From a bacterium (lineage in GTDB: Bacteria; UBA8248), in NCBI GenBank assembly GCA_965213625.1, contig CBDBZU010000004.1, positions 3,168,001-3,232,000 of the forward strand: a stretch of DNA of 64,000 bases, written 5' to 3'. This document shows positions 30,710 through 42,617 of the stretch, piece after piece; position 1 is the stretch's first letter; each line of letters opens with the position of its first letter. The notes beneath the pieces are model-generated. The model worked only from the letters and a program-made list of their open reading frames with translations, was not told where the DNA came from and did not search any database. Position numbers and translations under genes: made by a program.

Positions 30710-31639
30710 TCAGGCTTTGGCAGCAGAGCTTCTCTTGCTTCTGGAGCCTCGGCGCGCCGGCTCCGGCCATGCCAGCAGGATGGGGCTCGCCACGTAGATG
30801 GAAGAATACGTACCGGCCACGATTCCTACCGCCAGGGCGAACGCCACGTCGGAGATTATGTCGCCACCCAGGAGGAGGAACGCCAGCACGGCGACCAAGG
30901 TCGTCCCCGAAGTGAGAAGCGTACGGGAGAGGGTCTGGTTGATAGATTTGTTGACGAGGCCTGAAAACTCGGCCCGTCTCGAAGCGCGCGTATTCTCGCG
31001 GATGCGGTCGAACACGACGATGGTGTCGTTCAAAGAATAACCGATGATCGTCAAGACGGCCGCCACGATGGGGAGCGTGAACTCCTTGCCCGATAAGGAA
31101 AAGACGCCGAGCGTGATGATGACATCATGCAAAAGCGCCACGACCGACGCGATGGCCTGCCGGAACTGAAACCTGAAACTGATGTAAATCAGGATGCCGA
31201 TGAGGGCGAAGAGCATGCTGCTGAGCGCCTTCTGGCGCAGGTCCGCGCCCACTTTGGGACCCACCATTTCGGTTCTGCGCATCTCGAATGCGTCTTTCCC
31301 GAATTTTTTGATGAGCGCCGTTTTCACGACGGACTCGACGCCTTTGATGTCGCCCGAGCTTTTCTCCACGCGAATCAGGAACTCCCTGTCGGAGCCGAAA
31401 TTCTGGATAACCGTATCGCCCAAAGAAAGCCCTCCGACAGCGCTTCGCACGTCGCCAATCTGCTTGGCCTCCTTCAATTGCACTTGAACCAGCGTTCCGC
31501 CGGTGAAATCGATGCCGTAGTTGATTCCCTTGGTCATAAGCAGAAGAACTGACAACACGACGACCACCGTGGAGATGCCGACAAAGAGCTTGATTTTGCC
31601 GATGATGTCGTACGATGCGTCTGGCCGGATAATTTCCAT
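30710..31639 (-). CDS. secF: Protein translocase subunit SecF
   Basis: GIDFTGG, VGPKVG, GYSLNDTIVVFDRIRE. Confidence 0.96.
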   Translation of the reverse strand: MEIIRPDASYDIIGKIKLFVGISTVVVVLSVLLLMTKGINYGIDFTGGTLVQVQLKEAKQIGDVRSAVGGLSLGDTVIQNFGSDREFLIRVEKSSGDIKGVESVVKTALIKKFGKDAFEMRRTEMVGPKVGADLRQKALSSMLFALIGILIYISFRFQFRQAIASVVALLHDVIITLGVFSLSGKEFTLPIVAAVLTIIGYSLNDTIVVFDRIRENTRASRRAEFSGLVNKSINQTLSRTLLTSGTTLVAVLAFLLLGGDIISDVAFALAVGIVAGTYSSIYVASPILLAWPEPARRGSRSKRSSAAKA

Positions 31640-33189
31640 TAGATGCTCAAACTCCTCACGTCGGTTCGGTACAAGAAGAAGTCATATACGAATCGGGTGA
31701 CGAAAATTGCGGTGAACATGCTCGCAACGATGCCGATGCTGAGGGTGACGGCAAAGCCCTTGATGGGTCCCGTCCCAAACTGCAGGAGCACCAGTGCAGC
31801 GATGAGCGTCGTAACGTTTGCGTCCAGAATCGTGAGGAAAGCCTTGCCGTATCCCGATTCGATGGCGGAGCGGATTGTTTTCCCCAGGCGAAGTTCTTCC
31901 CGGATGCGCTCGAATATCAAGACGTTGGCGTCGACCGCCATACCGACAGTCAGCACGATGCCCGCGATGCCGGGCAGCGTCAGCGTGGCGCCGAAGAACC
32001 CGAGCGCTCCCATGAGGATCAACAGGTTGAACAGGAGCGCCATGATGGCCACTGCGCCGCTCAACTTGTAGTAAATCCCCATGAACATCAAGACGAGAAT
32101 GAACCCGACGATGATGCTGATGAGCCCCTGGCGCACGGAATCGGCTCCCAGTGATGGGCCGACGTTTCTTTCCTCCAGCACTTCCACCGGAGCGGGGAGC
32201 GCGCCCGCTCTCAGGGCAATCGCCAAATCTCTCGCCTCTTCGAGCGTGAAACTCCCCGTTATCTGCGCCCTGCCCTGGCTGATGCGCTCCTGAATGACGG
32301 GCGCGCTGTAGATGACGCCGTCGAGCACGATGGCGAGGCGCCTGCCCACGTTGGCCGCCGTTAGGCGGTCGAACGCATCCGCCCCCACGGAATCGAACGC
32401 GATGGCGACGTAGGACTGGTTGAAACGGTCTCCGATTTCCACGCGGGCATCGGTTAAATTATCGCCTGTCAGGGCGGCCTCTCTTTTCACCAGCAAGGGA
32501 GTGCGGTCGAGCACCTCGCCCGTCTGCCTGTCTCTGGTCACCTGATACAAAAGCTGCAGCCCCTCGGGTGCGCGGCCACGTTCCTGCGCACTCGCGACGT
32601 TGGCCTGGGTGTCCACCATCTTGAATTCAAGAAGCGCAGTTTTGCCTATCAAAGACTTCGCCCGGGAGGGATCCTCCACACCCGGGAGCTGAATGATGAT
32701 GCGACGCTCTCCCTGACGCTGGAGCGTGGGCTCACGTACGCCGAACTGATCGATACGGTTTCGAATCGTTTCGAGCGACTGAATGATGGCTTGCTCTTTC
32801 GTGCGCTCGACCTGTTGCGATGAGAGGAAATACACGAACGTCGGCGGTGTGCCCTCTTCCCGCTCCAGGGTGAGGTCCGGGTAATTCTGCATCATCGAGA
32901 GGAAACGGCCCCTGTCGCCGGGGCGATGCAGGGTCGCTGTCAGTCTCAACCCGTCGCGCTTGAAGGTACGGGTGCGTATGTCGTCTAACGAAAAGCTGTT
33001 TCGAAGCTCCGTGAAGTAGCGGCTCATTTTCGATTCCACCGCTTTTTCGGACTGCACCTCGAGGACCAGATGAATCCCGCCCTGCAAATCAAGCCCGAGA
33101 TTGATGCGCTCTTCCGGTGGAATCAGATAAAACGCGGAGACGACGATAACGATGGCTATCGCAGCCGCCCGCCAGCTTACACCCCTCAT
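31639..33189 (-). CDS. secD: Protein translocase subunit SecD
   Basis: LGLDLQGG, LRAGALPAP, GMAVDANVLIFERIREE. Confidence 0.96.
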   Translation of the reverse strand: MRGVSWRAAAIAIVIVVSAFYLIPPEERINLGLDLQGGIHLVLEVQSEKAVESKMSRYFTELRNSFSLDDIRTRTFKRDGLRLTATLHRPGDRGRFLSMMQNYPDLTLEREEGTPPTFVYFLSSQQVERTKEQAIIQSLETIRNRIDQFGVREPTLQRQGERRIIIQLPGVEDPSRAKSLIGKTALLEFKMVDTQANVASAQERGRAPEGLQLLYQVTRDRQTGEVLDRTPLLVKREAALTGDNLTDARVEIGDRFNQSYVAIAFDSVGADAFDRLTAANVGRRLAIVLDGVIYSAPVIQERISQGRAQITGSFTLEEARDLAIALRAGALPAPVEVLEERNVGPSLGADSVRQGLISIIVGFILVLMFMGIYYKLSGAVAIMALLFNLLILMGALGFFGATLTLPGIAGIVLTVGMAVDANVLIFERIREELRLGKTIRSAIESGYGKAFLTILDANVTTLIAALVLLQFGTGPIKGFAVTLSIGIVASMFTAIFVTRFVYDFFLYRTDVRSLSI

Positions 33190-33265
33190 GAAACTCTCCT
33201 TGCGTCGGGCCGCTTACCTGCCACCCGTACCGAAAACCTTTTCACCGAATGAAGGAGAAATGACT

Positions 33266-33661
33266 TCACTTTTGTTTTTCTGGTTTTTCTTTCTGGGGAG
33301 CCTTGTTCTGCTCCGCATTTGCGCTCGAAGGAATAACCGTCACAAATGACCTTTGAACGCGAATACGCATGTTTTCGTCCACTTTAAGCGTCACGACGTC
33401 GTCTTTGATTCTCAACACTTCACCCAGGATCCCGCTCACGACTACCTGATCTCCAGGCTTGAGAGCCTCCTGCATCCTGCGGATTTCCTGCTGTTTCTTC
33501 TGCTGGGGTCTGATCATGATGAAATAAATGATGGCGAAAATCATCAGGAACGGCGCCAGTTGAATCAGGAAACTGGGTGAGCCACCGCCGCCGCCAGAAG
33601 GAGGAGCCATGGCATACGCCACAGAAGAATCAGCCAACCAAGCCGCTAATGAATCCAACAT
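33266..33661 (-). CDS. yajC: Preprotein translocase subunit YajC
   Basis: YFIMIRPQQK...LKPGDQV; tgt-yajC-secDF synteny. Confidence 0.93.
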   Translation of the reverse strand: MLDSLAAWLADSSVAYAMAPPSGGGGGSPSFLIQLAPFLMIFAIIYFIMIRPQQKKQQEIRRMQEALKPGDQVVVSGILGEVLRIKDDVVTLKVDENMRIRVQRSFVTVIPSSANAEQNKAPQKEKPEKQK

Positions 33662-33711
33662 TCCCTAAATCTCCATGGAAAAAGCGTTCCGCCTGTCCTC
33701 ATAGCCAAGGC

Positions 33712-33740
33712 TTCGTAACAAAGCCCCCGCTCGTTGTCAA
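33712..33740 (-). promoter_or_regulatory. Candidate sigma70 promoter for yajC-secDF
   Basis: Minus strand TTGACA-17 bp-TACGAA, with TG at the extended -10 position. Confidence 0.5.
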
Positions 33741-33763
33741 CAAAGGCATTAAGAATCAGTCGC

Positions 33764-35718
<1,955 letters not shown>

Positions 35719-35750
35719 TGACGCACTCATCTCTGTAGAACAAGTTTCAG

Positions 35751-36926
35751 CTACAGCTTGCGCACATGGATAGTGCGGCCCTCTCGCAAGTAGACTCTCG
35801 GAACGCGGACGCCCACCCCGCACATAATCTCATACGGTATCGTCTCGGCCCTGTCGGCCATCTCCTCACAACTGACGGCCCCACCGCCCTGCTCTCCCAG
35901 AAGGACGACTTCGTCCCCCGGCGCGATGGTATCGATTTTCGTAACATCGAGGGCCAGCATGTCCATGGATACGCGCCCCGCTACCGGAACCCTAACGCCG
36001 CCGACCAGCGCATCCCCCCGGTTGGAAAGAATGCGCGGATAGCCATCTCCATATCCCGTCGCTATGATTGCGATTCGACCGGGTTTGTTTCTCATATATG
36101 TTCCGCCGTAACCGACCGGCCGGCCCGCATCGATCTCTTTCACCTGCAACACTCTCGCCACCCATGTCATGGCAGTTTTGAGAGCTACGCTCCCGGAAAA
36201 CTGAGGCGAGGAACCATAAAGCGCAATGCCCAGTCGCACCAAATTTCCGGGTGCCTGAGGATAATTCAAAAAACCCGCGCTGTTCGCCATGTGGACATGG
36301 GGGGGGAGCAGATTCTGCTCCCCAAGCGTATCGACCAGCGCCTCCATTTCGCGAATTTGCGCGCCCGTCGCAGCCACTCCTTCTTCTTCATCCGCCCGTG
36401 CAAGATGGCTCATCAGCCCGGCGACCTCGATGCCCTCCTCCCGGGATGCCTTTTCCATGAATTCGACGGCTTCCGCCGGGCGCAATCCCAAGCGTCCCAT
36501 CCCCGTATCCACCTTGACGTGGACTCTCGCAGTTTTACCCGCTTCTCTCGCCGCGCTCGCCAGGCCTTCCACCTGCTCCAAATGCCAGACGGCGGCGTCG
36601 CAATCCGCATCGACCAGCCCTTTCGCGTTATACGCCAACGTATCGCTCATCACCAATATGCGCGCATCGGCGAATCCGTCTTCCGTCCCGGTGGCGCGGA
36701 GCGATTCCGCCTCTTCAAGAGCCGCCACACCGAACCATCTTGCGCCCGCCTCATACATGGCGCGAGCGACCTCCACGCCCCCGTGCCCGTAGCCCTCCGC
36801 CTTCACGACGGCGAGCGGCTCTTGGGAGGGAAGCAGGCTCGTCAGATTCTGATAATTTTGAATCAGGATGTCCAGATCGATAAAAAGAGCGTTGCGAATT
36901 CCGGACGGCAGCAAATGTTCACTCAA
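35751..36926 (-). CDS. alr: Alanine racemase
   Basis: AVVKAEGYGHG, HVKVDTGMGRLG, GYGDG, GRVSMD, TIPYE. Confidence 0.95.
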   Translation of the reverse strand: MSEHLLPSGIRNALFIDLDILIQNYQNLTSLLPSQEPLAVVKAEGYGHGGVEVARAMYEAGARWFGVAALEEAESLRATGTEDGFADARILVMSDTLAYNAKGLVDADCDAAVWHLEQVEGLASAAREAGKTARVHVKVDTGMGRLGLRPAEAVEFMEKASREEGIEVAGLMSHLARADEEEGVAATGAQIREMEALVDTLGEQNLLPPHVHMANSAGFLNYPQAPGNLVRLGIALYGSSPQFSGSVALKTAMTWVARVLQVKEIDAGRPVGYGGTYMRNKPGRIAIIATGYGDGYPRILSNRGDALVGGVRVPVAGRVSMDMLALDVTKIDTIAPGDEVVLLGEQGGGAVSCEEMADRAETIPYEIMCGVGVRVPRVYLREGRTIHVRKL

Positions 36927-36968
36927 AAAGAAGACCCCCTATGGGGAGGCATCTTCACAGCTTCATCG

Positions 36969-38393
36969 CTAGAACGGCGCATCCGCTTCATCGGGATAGC
37001 CCGGTTCCGCATGTTGCGAACCTACGGCCGCGCCCTCGTGGTAAGTATCGAGGTTCACGAATCGCGCATAATCCGGGAAAAACTTGAGTTCGAGTTCACC
37101 GGTCGGCCCGTTGCGCTGTTTGGCGAGAATGACGGTGGCGAGCCCCTTATTGTCGGGCTTGGGCTCATAATATTCCTCTCGATACAGCAGGGCCACGACG
37201 TCCGCATCCTGTTCTATCGAGCCGGATTCCCGCAAATCGGCCAGATTGGGTCGCTTGCCCTCTCTCGATTCCACCGCCCTCGATAGCTGACTCAAAGCCA
37301 CGACGGGCACGTTGAGTTCTTTCGCCAGTCCTTTCAAGCCGCGGGATATTTCGCTGATCTCGCGCTGCCGGTTCTCCATGGAGCGGCCCCTGTGGTGCAC
37401 GAGCTGGAGATAATCGACCACCACGAGGTCAAGTCCCTGATCCGCCTGAATGCGTCGGCATTTCGCCCGGATGTCGAACACGGATAAATCTGTCGCGTCG
37501 TCCACGTAAATGGAAGCCTCGGAGAGTTCGCCGGCGCTTCGAATCAAATCCGGCCATTTCTGTGAGGGCATGTAGCCGCTCTGAAGCTGCCTGGAATTCA
37601 CCATGGCGCGGCCGCACATCATACGGATGGCCAAAGCCCGCGCGCTCATCTCGAGGCTGAATATGGCCGTTGCGGTTTTTGACGCCAGGGCGGCGTATTC
37701 GGCGATGCACAGGGCGAACGCCGTTTTCCCCATGCTGGGACGACCGGCGATGATGATCAATTCCCCAGGCTGGAGGCCACTCGTCAGCTTGTCCAGGTCC
37801 GAGAACCCCGTGGGTACGCCGGTGACCAACTCCTTGCGATCGTAGAGGTCTTCCAGGTAGGGGAACGTATGTTTGATGATGTCGCGCATACCCTCTACGC
37901 TTTGCTGGTAGCGGCCGGACGAAACCTCCAGCATTGCGCGCTCGGCGTCGTCAACGAGCGTATCGATATCCTCCTCGCCCGTGAAAGCTCTCTGGGCGAT
38001 GGCGTTCGAGGTATGGATGAGTTCCCTGAGCAATGCGGTGCTTCTGACGAGTTTCGCATAGGTTTCCGCGCGCCTAGCGCTGGAAACATCGTCCGCCAGA
38101 CGCGCGATATATTCGGGCCCGCCCGCGGTATCGAGCGTTCCCTTTTTTTTCAGGGCGTCCGCCAAGGTGAGCAGGTCGATGGGTTCTGATTTCTCAAACA
38201 GGCCGAGCATGCCCTCGTAAATCACGCGGTGGCTCATTCGATAGAAATGTTCCGGCCGCAACACCTCCATGACGGGCGGAACCATCGAGCCATCGAGCAG
38301 CAAGGCTCCCAGGACGCGCTGCTCGGCCTCTATGTTTTGTGGGGGGAGTTGGCCCGGTTGCGCGGACCGCTCATCACGAGCGGGCATTTCCAC
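36969..38393 (-). CDS. dnaB: Replicative DNA helicase (no intein)
   Basis: PPQNIEAE, GRPSMGKT, DYLQL, LSQLSR, DLRESGSIEQDAD, KQRNGPTG. Confidence 0.97.
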   Translation of the reverse strand: MEMPARDERSAQPGQLPPQNIEAEQRVLGALLLDGSMVPPVMEVLRPEHFYRMSHRVIYEGMLGLFEKSEPIDLLTLADALKKKGTLDTAGGPEYIARLADDVSSARRAETYAKLVRSTALLRELIHTSNAIAQRAFTGEEDIDTLVDDAERAMLEVSSGRYQQSVEGMRDIIKHTFPYLEDLYDRKELVTGVPTGFSDLDKLTSGLQPGELIIIAGRPSMGKTAFALCIAEYAALASKTATAIFSLEMSARALAIRMMCGRAMVNSRQLQSGYMPSQKWPDLIRSAGELSEASIYVDDATDLSVFDIRAKCRRIQADQGLDLVVVDYLQLVHHRGRSMENRQREISEISRGLKGLAKELNVPVVALSQLSRAVESREGKRPNLADLRESGSIEQDADVVALLYREEYYEPKPDNKGLATVILAKQRNGPTGELELKFFPDYARFVNLDTYHEGAAVGSQHAEPGYPDEADAPF

Positions 38394-38502
38394 TTCGATA
38401 CTCCAATGACGATTCAGTGGAAAGAACGGGCGTGGACGTTAGATTACATCAGTTGGAGCCAAGATCAAACTACCTGAAAACGAAATTCCGATACGAACGG
38501 AT

Positions 38503-38534
38503 AAAAAGGGGCGCCTGTAGCCGGCGGCCCCTTC
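38503..38534 (-). terminator. Rho-independent terminator candidate after rplI
   Basis: Minus-strand bulged hairpin AAGGGG(C)CGCC...GGCGCCCCTT running into a U-tract. Confidence 0.6.
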
Positions 38535-38596
38535 TATCTATATGAAATCATTAAAATTGCCACAACACACCGGGAAGCGACCGAGTATTCGAAACG

Positions 38597-39226
38597 CTAT
38601 TCGGCCTTCTCTTCCTCTTCTTCCTGTGCGTCCTGGTTCTCCTCCGGCTCATCCGCAGCAACGGCCTCTGTCGCCTCAGCCGCCGCTTCTTCTTCGTCCT
38701 GAACCTCATTCGCCGTCTCAGTAACTTCTTCGACCTCGGCTGCAGAGGCTTCTTCCGCCTCGGCCGCAGCAGCAACGGACGCCTCATCGGGCATCACCTT
38801 CACCTGAACCGACGCCCTTACCTCCTGGTGCAGACGAATGTCGACGTCATAAGTACCGACCATTTTAATCGGCTCATCCAGAACGATTCTCCTGCGGTTC
38901 ACCTCGAGGCCCTTCTCCTGCAAAGCGTCCTCTATCATCCGATTCGTCACCGAGCCGAACAGCCTGCCGTCCGCACCCACACGCATTGAGAATTCGAGCT
39001 CGACGCCCGAGAATTCGCCCGCGTAATCCTGTGCGCTTCGCTTCGCTGCCTGGATTTGCGCTTCCCGCAGCCGCTGCTCATGCTGCGTCGCGCGTACCGT
39101 GCTTGCCGTGGCATGAAGCGCCAGACCTTTCGGGATAAGATAGTTGAGCCCGTAGCCGTCTGCTACTTCAACGACGTCGCCCACCTCTCCAAGACTCTCT
39201 ATGTCCTTACGCAATATCAAGCGCAT
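38597..39226 (-). CDS. rplI: 50S ribosomal protein L9 with long acidic tail
   Basis: LGEVGDVVEVADGYGLNYLIP, GRLFGSVT. Confidence 0.96.
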   Translation of the reverse strand: MRLILRKDIESLGEVGDVVEVADGYGLNYLIPKGLALHATASTVRATQHEQRLREAQIQAAKRSAQDYAGEFSGVELEFSMRVGADGRLFGSVTNRMIEDALQEKGLEVNRRRIVLDEPIKMVGTYDVDIRLHQEVRASVQVKVMPDEASVAAAAEAEEASAAEVEEVTETANEVQDEEEAAAEATEAVAADEPEENQDAQEEEEEKAE

Positions 39227-39243
39227 CGTTCAATATCTCCGAC

Positions 39244-39513
39244 TTATGAATGGTCTACGGTGTAGGGCATCAACGCCATGTAGCGGGCGCGCTTAATCGC
39301 CGTCGTCAACTGCCGCTGAAAGCGGGCGGAGGTGCCGGTCACACGGCGGGGAATGATTTTTCCCCGCTCACTCACCATGTTACGAAGTGTTTTCACGTCC
39401 TTGTAATCGATGTACGCCACGCCATCCGCCGTGAAGCGGCATATTTTCTTTCGCTGAAAACGCTTTTTTCTCTTCTTTTTCTTATCGCCGAATCCACGGG
39501 GGACAAGCGCCAT
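39244..39513 (-). CDS. rpsR: 30S ribosomal protein S18
   Basis: [24 protein letters not shown]. Confidence 0.97.
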   Translation of the reverse strand: MALVPRGFGDKKKKRKKRFQRKKICRFTADGVAYIDYKDVKTLRNMVSERGKIIPRRVTGTSARFQRQLTTAIKRARYMALMPYTVDHS

Positions 39514-39547
39514 TTCTATCTCCTAATCTGAAAAAGTGTTTTCGATA

Positions 39548-39970
39548 TCAAAACGGGATGTCGTCATCCGTCATGGGCGAGTCCTGCGGGGGCGGCGAAT
39601 AGGATTCCGTGCTTCTGGAACCGCCGCCGCCCGTCATCTCGGCCCGAGTGGACAGGAAATGGACGTTGTTCGCCACCACTTCATGTTTGCTGCGCCTCGA
39701 GCCATCATCCGCTTCCCATGAGCGGAAACTCAAACGCCCTTCCACCACGAGCGGGCTGCCCTTGCTCGTCTGCTCCATCACCCAGTCGCCCTGACGCCCA
39801 TAGACGACAACATCCACAAAGCAGGTATCTTCTTTCCACTCTTCTCCACTGCGATACCGCCGATTGACAGCGAACCCGAAAGAAACCACGGAATTCCCGG
39901 ATGGCAGAAACCGCTTTTCCGGATCGCGCGTCATGTTGCCGCGGAGATAAACGGAATTCATCTGGGCCAT
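39548..39970 (-). CDS. ssb: Single-stranded DNA-binding protein
   Basis: GNMTRDPE, VEGRL, C-terminal DDDIPF; start moved to ATG 39970. Confidence 0.96.
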   Translation of the reverse strand: MAQMNSVYLRGNMTRDPEKRFLPSGNSVVSFGFAVNRRYRSGEEWKEDTCFVDVVVYGRQGDWVMEQTSKGSPLVVEGRLSFRSWEADDGSRRSKHEVVANNVHFLSTRAEMTGGGGSRSTESYSPPPQDSPMTDDDIPF

Positions 39971-39980
39971 AACGATACCC

Positions 39981-40385
39981 CTACGATTTAGAGTCGTCCG
40001 AAGAGGCGGGCGCCGGCCGACGTGGAGAATCACCGTCACCGCCCTCTCGTTCCCTGGCGGCCGCGCTTTTTGCGTTCTTCTCGAGCTTTTTCAGGAGAGC
40101 TTCATCCATCCGCACCGTCATATAGCGCCACGTCTCTTCATCGATGCGCATATCACGCTCGATGTCCGCCACCACTTCCGGTTCAGAATGATATGTGACG
40201 ATGAAATAGATACCGTGACGCTGACGCTGGATGGGATAGGCGAGACGCTTCTTGCCCCATCGTTCTACGTTCAGAATTTCTCCGCCCCCTTCGGTCACCT
40301 TATTCTCGAAACCGGAAACCTTCTCCTCCACGGTTTCATCGGTGAGTTCCGGGGACAACAAAACCATTGTTTCGTACTGTCTCAT
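39981..40385 (-). CDS. rpsF: 30S ribosomal protein S6
   Basis: MRQYE, WGKKRLAYPI. Confidence 0.96.
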   Translation of the reverse strand: MRQYETMVLLSPELTDETVEEKVSGFENKVTEGGGEILNVERWGKKRLAYPIQRQRHGIYFIVTYHSEPEVVADIERDMRIDEETWRYMTVRMDEALLKKLEKNAKSAAAREREGGDGDSPRRPAPASSDDSKS

Positions 40386-40389
40386 CTAG

Positions 40390-40440
40390 TCCTCCTCCCG
40401 GACTGAACGGCCCCGGCTACTTTCGACCGGAGCGAGGAGC
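40390..40440 (-). ncRNA. S6:S18 ribosomal protein leader (cis-regulatory RNA)
   Basis: Minus strand CUCCUCGCU-CCGG-loop-CCGG-GG-CCG-...-GGGAGGAGG: inner hairpin, unpaired CCG, and outer stem sequestering the rpsF SD. Confidence 0.75.
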
Positions 40441-40537
40441 CAATAATGGCCGAAGGTTAGCACACATGCCCTCGGCGGACCATAGCGGCTCAAAAAAAGC
40501 TGCGAGAATTCTGCTTTGTGTCAGACTCTCTCTATTG

Positions 40538-42535
40538 CTAGAAAAGCGGCGCCAAAACGAGGGAAACGATGGACATCAACTTGATCAGGATGTTCATCGA
40601 GGGGCCCGAGGTGTCCTTCATCGGGTCTCCCACCGTATCGCCCACAACGGCCGCCTTATGGGCCTCGGAGCCCTTGCCGCCGAGCTTGCCGTCTTCTATC
40701 TCTTTTTTCGCATTATCCCAGGCACCGCCCGCATTCGCCATCAGCAAGGCGACGAGAACGCCCGAGAGTAGCGCGCCGGCGAGCATGCCGCCAAGCGCCT
40801 CTTTGCCCATCAGATACCCCACCACGATGGGCGCGATGACAGCCACAACGCCGGGGAGGACCATCTCCTTGAGAGCAGCCTGGGTGCTGATGTCGATACA
40901 CCGCGCGCTGTCGGGGTCCGCCGTGCCCTCCATGATGCCGGGAATCTCGCGGAACTGACGCCTGATCTCCTGGATCATGATGAATGCGGCCTTGCCGACG
41001 GATTTCATGGTGAGCGCCCCGATGAGGAAGGGAATCGCCCCGCCGATGAACATGCCGGCCACCACCTTCGCCTCGGTGAGGTTGATCTGCTGAAGATCGG
41101 CCGCTTTCGTGTACGCAGCGTAAAAGGCGAGCGCCGTCAGCGCGGCGGAGCCGATTGCGAATCCCTTGCCGATGGCCGCCGTAGTGTTGCCCAGCGCGTC
41201 GAGGCCGTCGGTAATCTTCCGCGTCTCCGGCCCCAACTCGCTCATTTCCGTGATGCCGCCTGCGTTATCTGCAATCGGGCCATACGCGTCGACCGACATC
41301 GTGATGCCGATCGTCGCCAACATTCCCACGGCGGCGATGGAGATGCCGTAGAGGCCAGCCCAGCCGTTCGAGACGAGGGTAATCACCGCCAGCACAATCA
41401 ATGGAGCGCATACGCTCTCAAGGCCCACGGCGAAACCACTGATGATGTTCGTCGCCACCCCGGTCTCGGAAGCAGTGACGATTTCGCCAACGGGCTTCCC
41501 GCCCGTACCGGTGTAATACTCGGTGAGCCAGCCGATGAGGACGCCGCCGGCCGCGCCGAAGAGAACCGAGCCGAACACGCCGTTATTCAGGCCCAGCGAG
41601 CCGGTAACGAAAAAAGCCAGGATGATGAATATGACCGTCGCGATTCCGGTGGCGCTCCTGAGGGCGAGGGCCGGGTTTTTCGATGCCAGCACCTTCATCG
41701 AGGCGATGCCAATCGAGGAGGCGATCAAGCCCATCATAGCGAGCAGCAGGGGCAGCGCCATCGCCGCCGAGCTGTTCGCGCCCAGGGCCGTGCCGATGGT
41801 CGAGCCGATGAATATCGTCGAAATGATGGCGCCAACGTAGGATTCGAACAAGTCGGCGCCCATGCCGGCGACGTCCCCCACGCAGTCGCCCACGTTGTCG
41901 GCGATGACGGCTGGATTCCTCGGATCGTCCTCGGGAATGTTCGCCTCCACCTTACCGACGAGGTCTGCGCCTACGTCCGCGGTCTTGGTGAAAATACCGC
42001 CGCCCACGCGCGCGAACAGCGCGATGGAGCTCGCGCCCATCGAGAAACCGCTGATGATGGTCACGTTCGCCGCATTGCTGAGCAGATCGAAATACCAGAA
42101 CAACGCGCCCACGCCCAAAAGACCCAGGCTCGCGACGGAGAGACCCATGACGGTACCGCCGAAGAACGCCATGGAGAGCGCGCCCGCCTGGCCCGCGCCC
42201 GAATTCGCCGCCGCCGCCGTTCTCACGTTCGCCTTTGTAGCCGAGTTCATGCCGAAAAAGCCGGCGAGAACCGAGCAGATGGCGCCGACGATGAAGGCGA
42301 TACCCGTTTTCGGGGATATGGCGACGCTCAAGAGAATGAAGACAACCACGACGAAGATGGCGAGAATCTTGTATTCCCTTTTCAGGAACACCATTGCGCC
42401 GTCATGAATCTGGCCTGCCAATTTCCGCATCAGATCGTTGCCGTCTGATTGTTTGGAAATCCAGCTATAAATCGCAGCCGCCAGAACCAACCCCGCAATC
42501 CCGAAGATTGCGGCCATGTTTGAGAAAGCAACCAT
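40538..42535 (-). CDS. hppA: Membrane-bound ion-translocating pyrophosphatase (K+-dependent, probably Na+-pumping)
   Basis: [48 protein letters not shown]. Confidence 0.95.
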   Translation of the reverse strand: MVAFSNMAAIFGIAGLVLAAAIYSWISKQSDGNDLMRKLAGQIHDGAMVFLKREYKILAIFVVVVFILLSVAISPKTGIAFIVGAICSVLAGFFGMNSATKANVRTAAAANSGAGQAGALSMAFFGGTVMGLSVASLGLLGVGALFWYFDLLSNAANVTIISGFSMGASSIALFARVGGGIFTKTADVGADLVGKVEANIPEDDPRNPAVIADNVGDCVGDVAGMGADLFESYVGAIISTIFIGSTIGTALGANSSAAMALPLLLAMMGLIASSIGIASMKVLASKNPALALRSATGIATVIFIILAFFVTGSLGLNNGVFGSVLFGAAGGVLIGWLTEYYTGTGGKPVGEIVTASETGVATNIISGFAVGLESVCAPLIVLAVITLVSNGWAGLYGISIAAVGMLATIGITMSVDAYGPIADNAGGITEMSELGPETRKITDGLDALGNTTAAIGKGFAIGSAALTALAFYAAYTKAADLQQINLTEAKVVAGMFIGGAIPFLIGALTMKSVGKAAFIMIQEIRRQFREIPGIMEGTADPDSARCIDISTQAALKEMVLPGVVAVIAPIVVGYLMGKEALGGMLAGALLSGVLVALLMANAGGAWDNAKKEIEDGKLGGKGSEAHKAAVVGDTVGDPMKDTSGPSMNILIKLMSIVSLVLAPLF

Positions 42536-42617
42536 TATCTCCCTTTCCTCCTCCTCACGGGCTTTTTAGCGAGAGGTATTAAGATGGACTTTCAATTTCA
42601 CTATGAGCAAGACGGAT

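Noticed and set aside
35766-37286. 506-aa plus-strand ORF antisense to alr/dnaB
   Set aside because: It has no motifs and is a shadow ORF expected from GC-rich codon bias opposite two confident genes.
36969-38393. Intein in DnaB
   Set aside because: The protein has normal length (474 aa) and contiguous helicase motifs.
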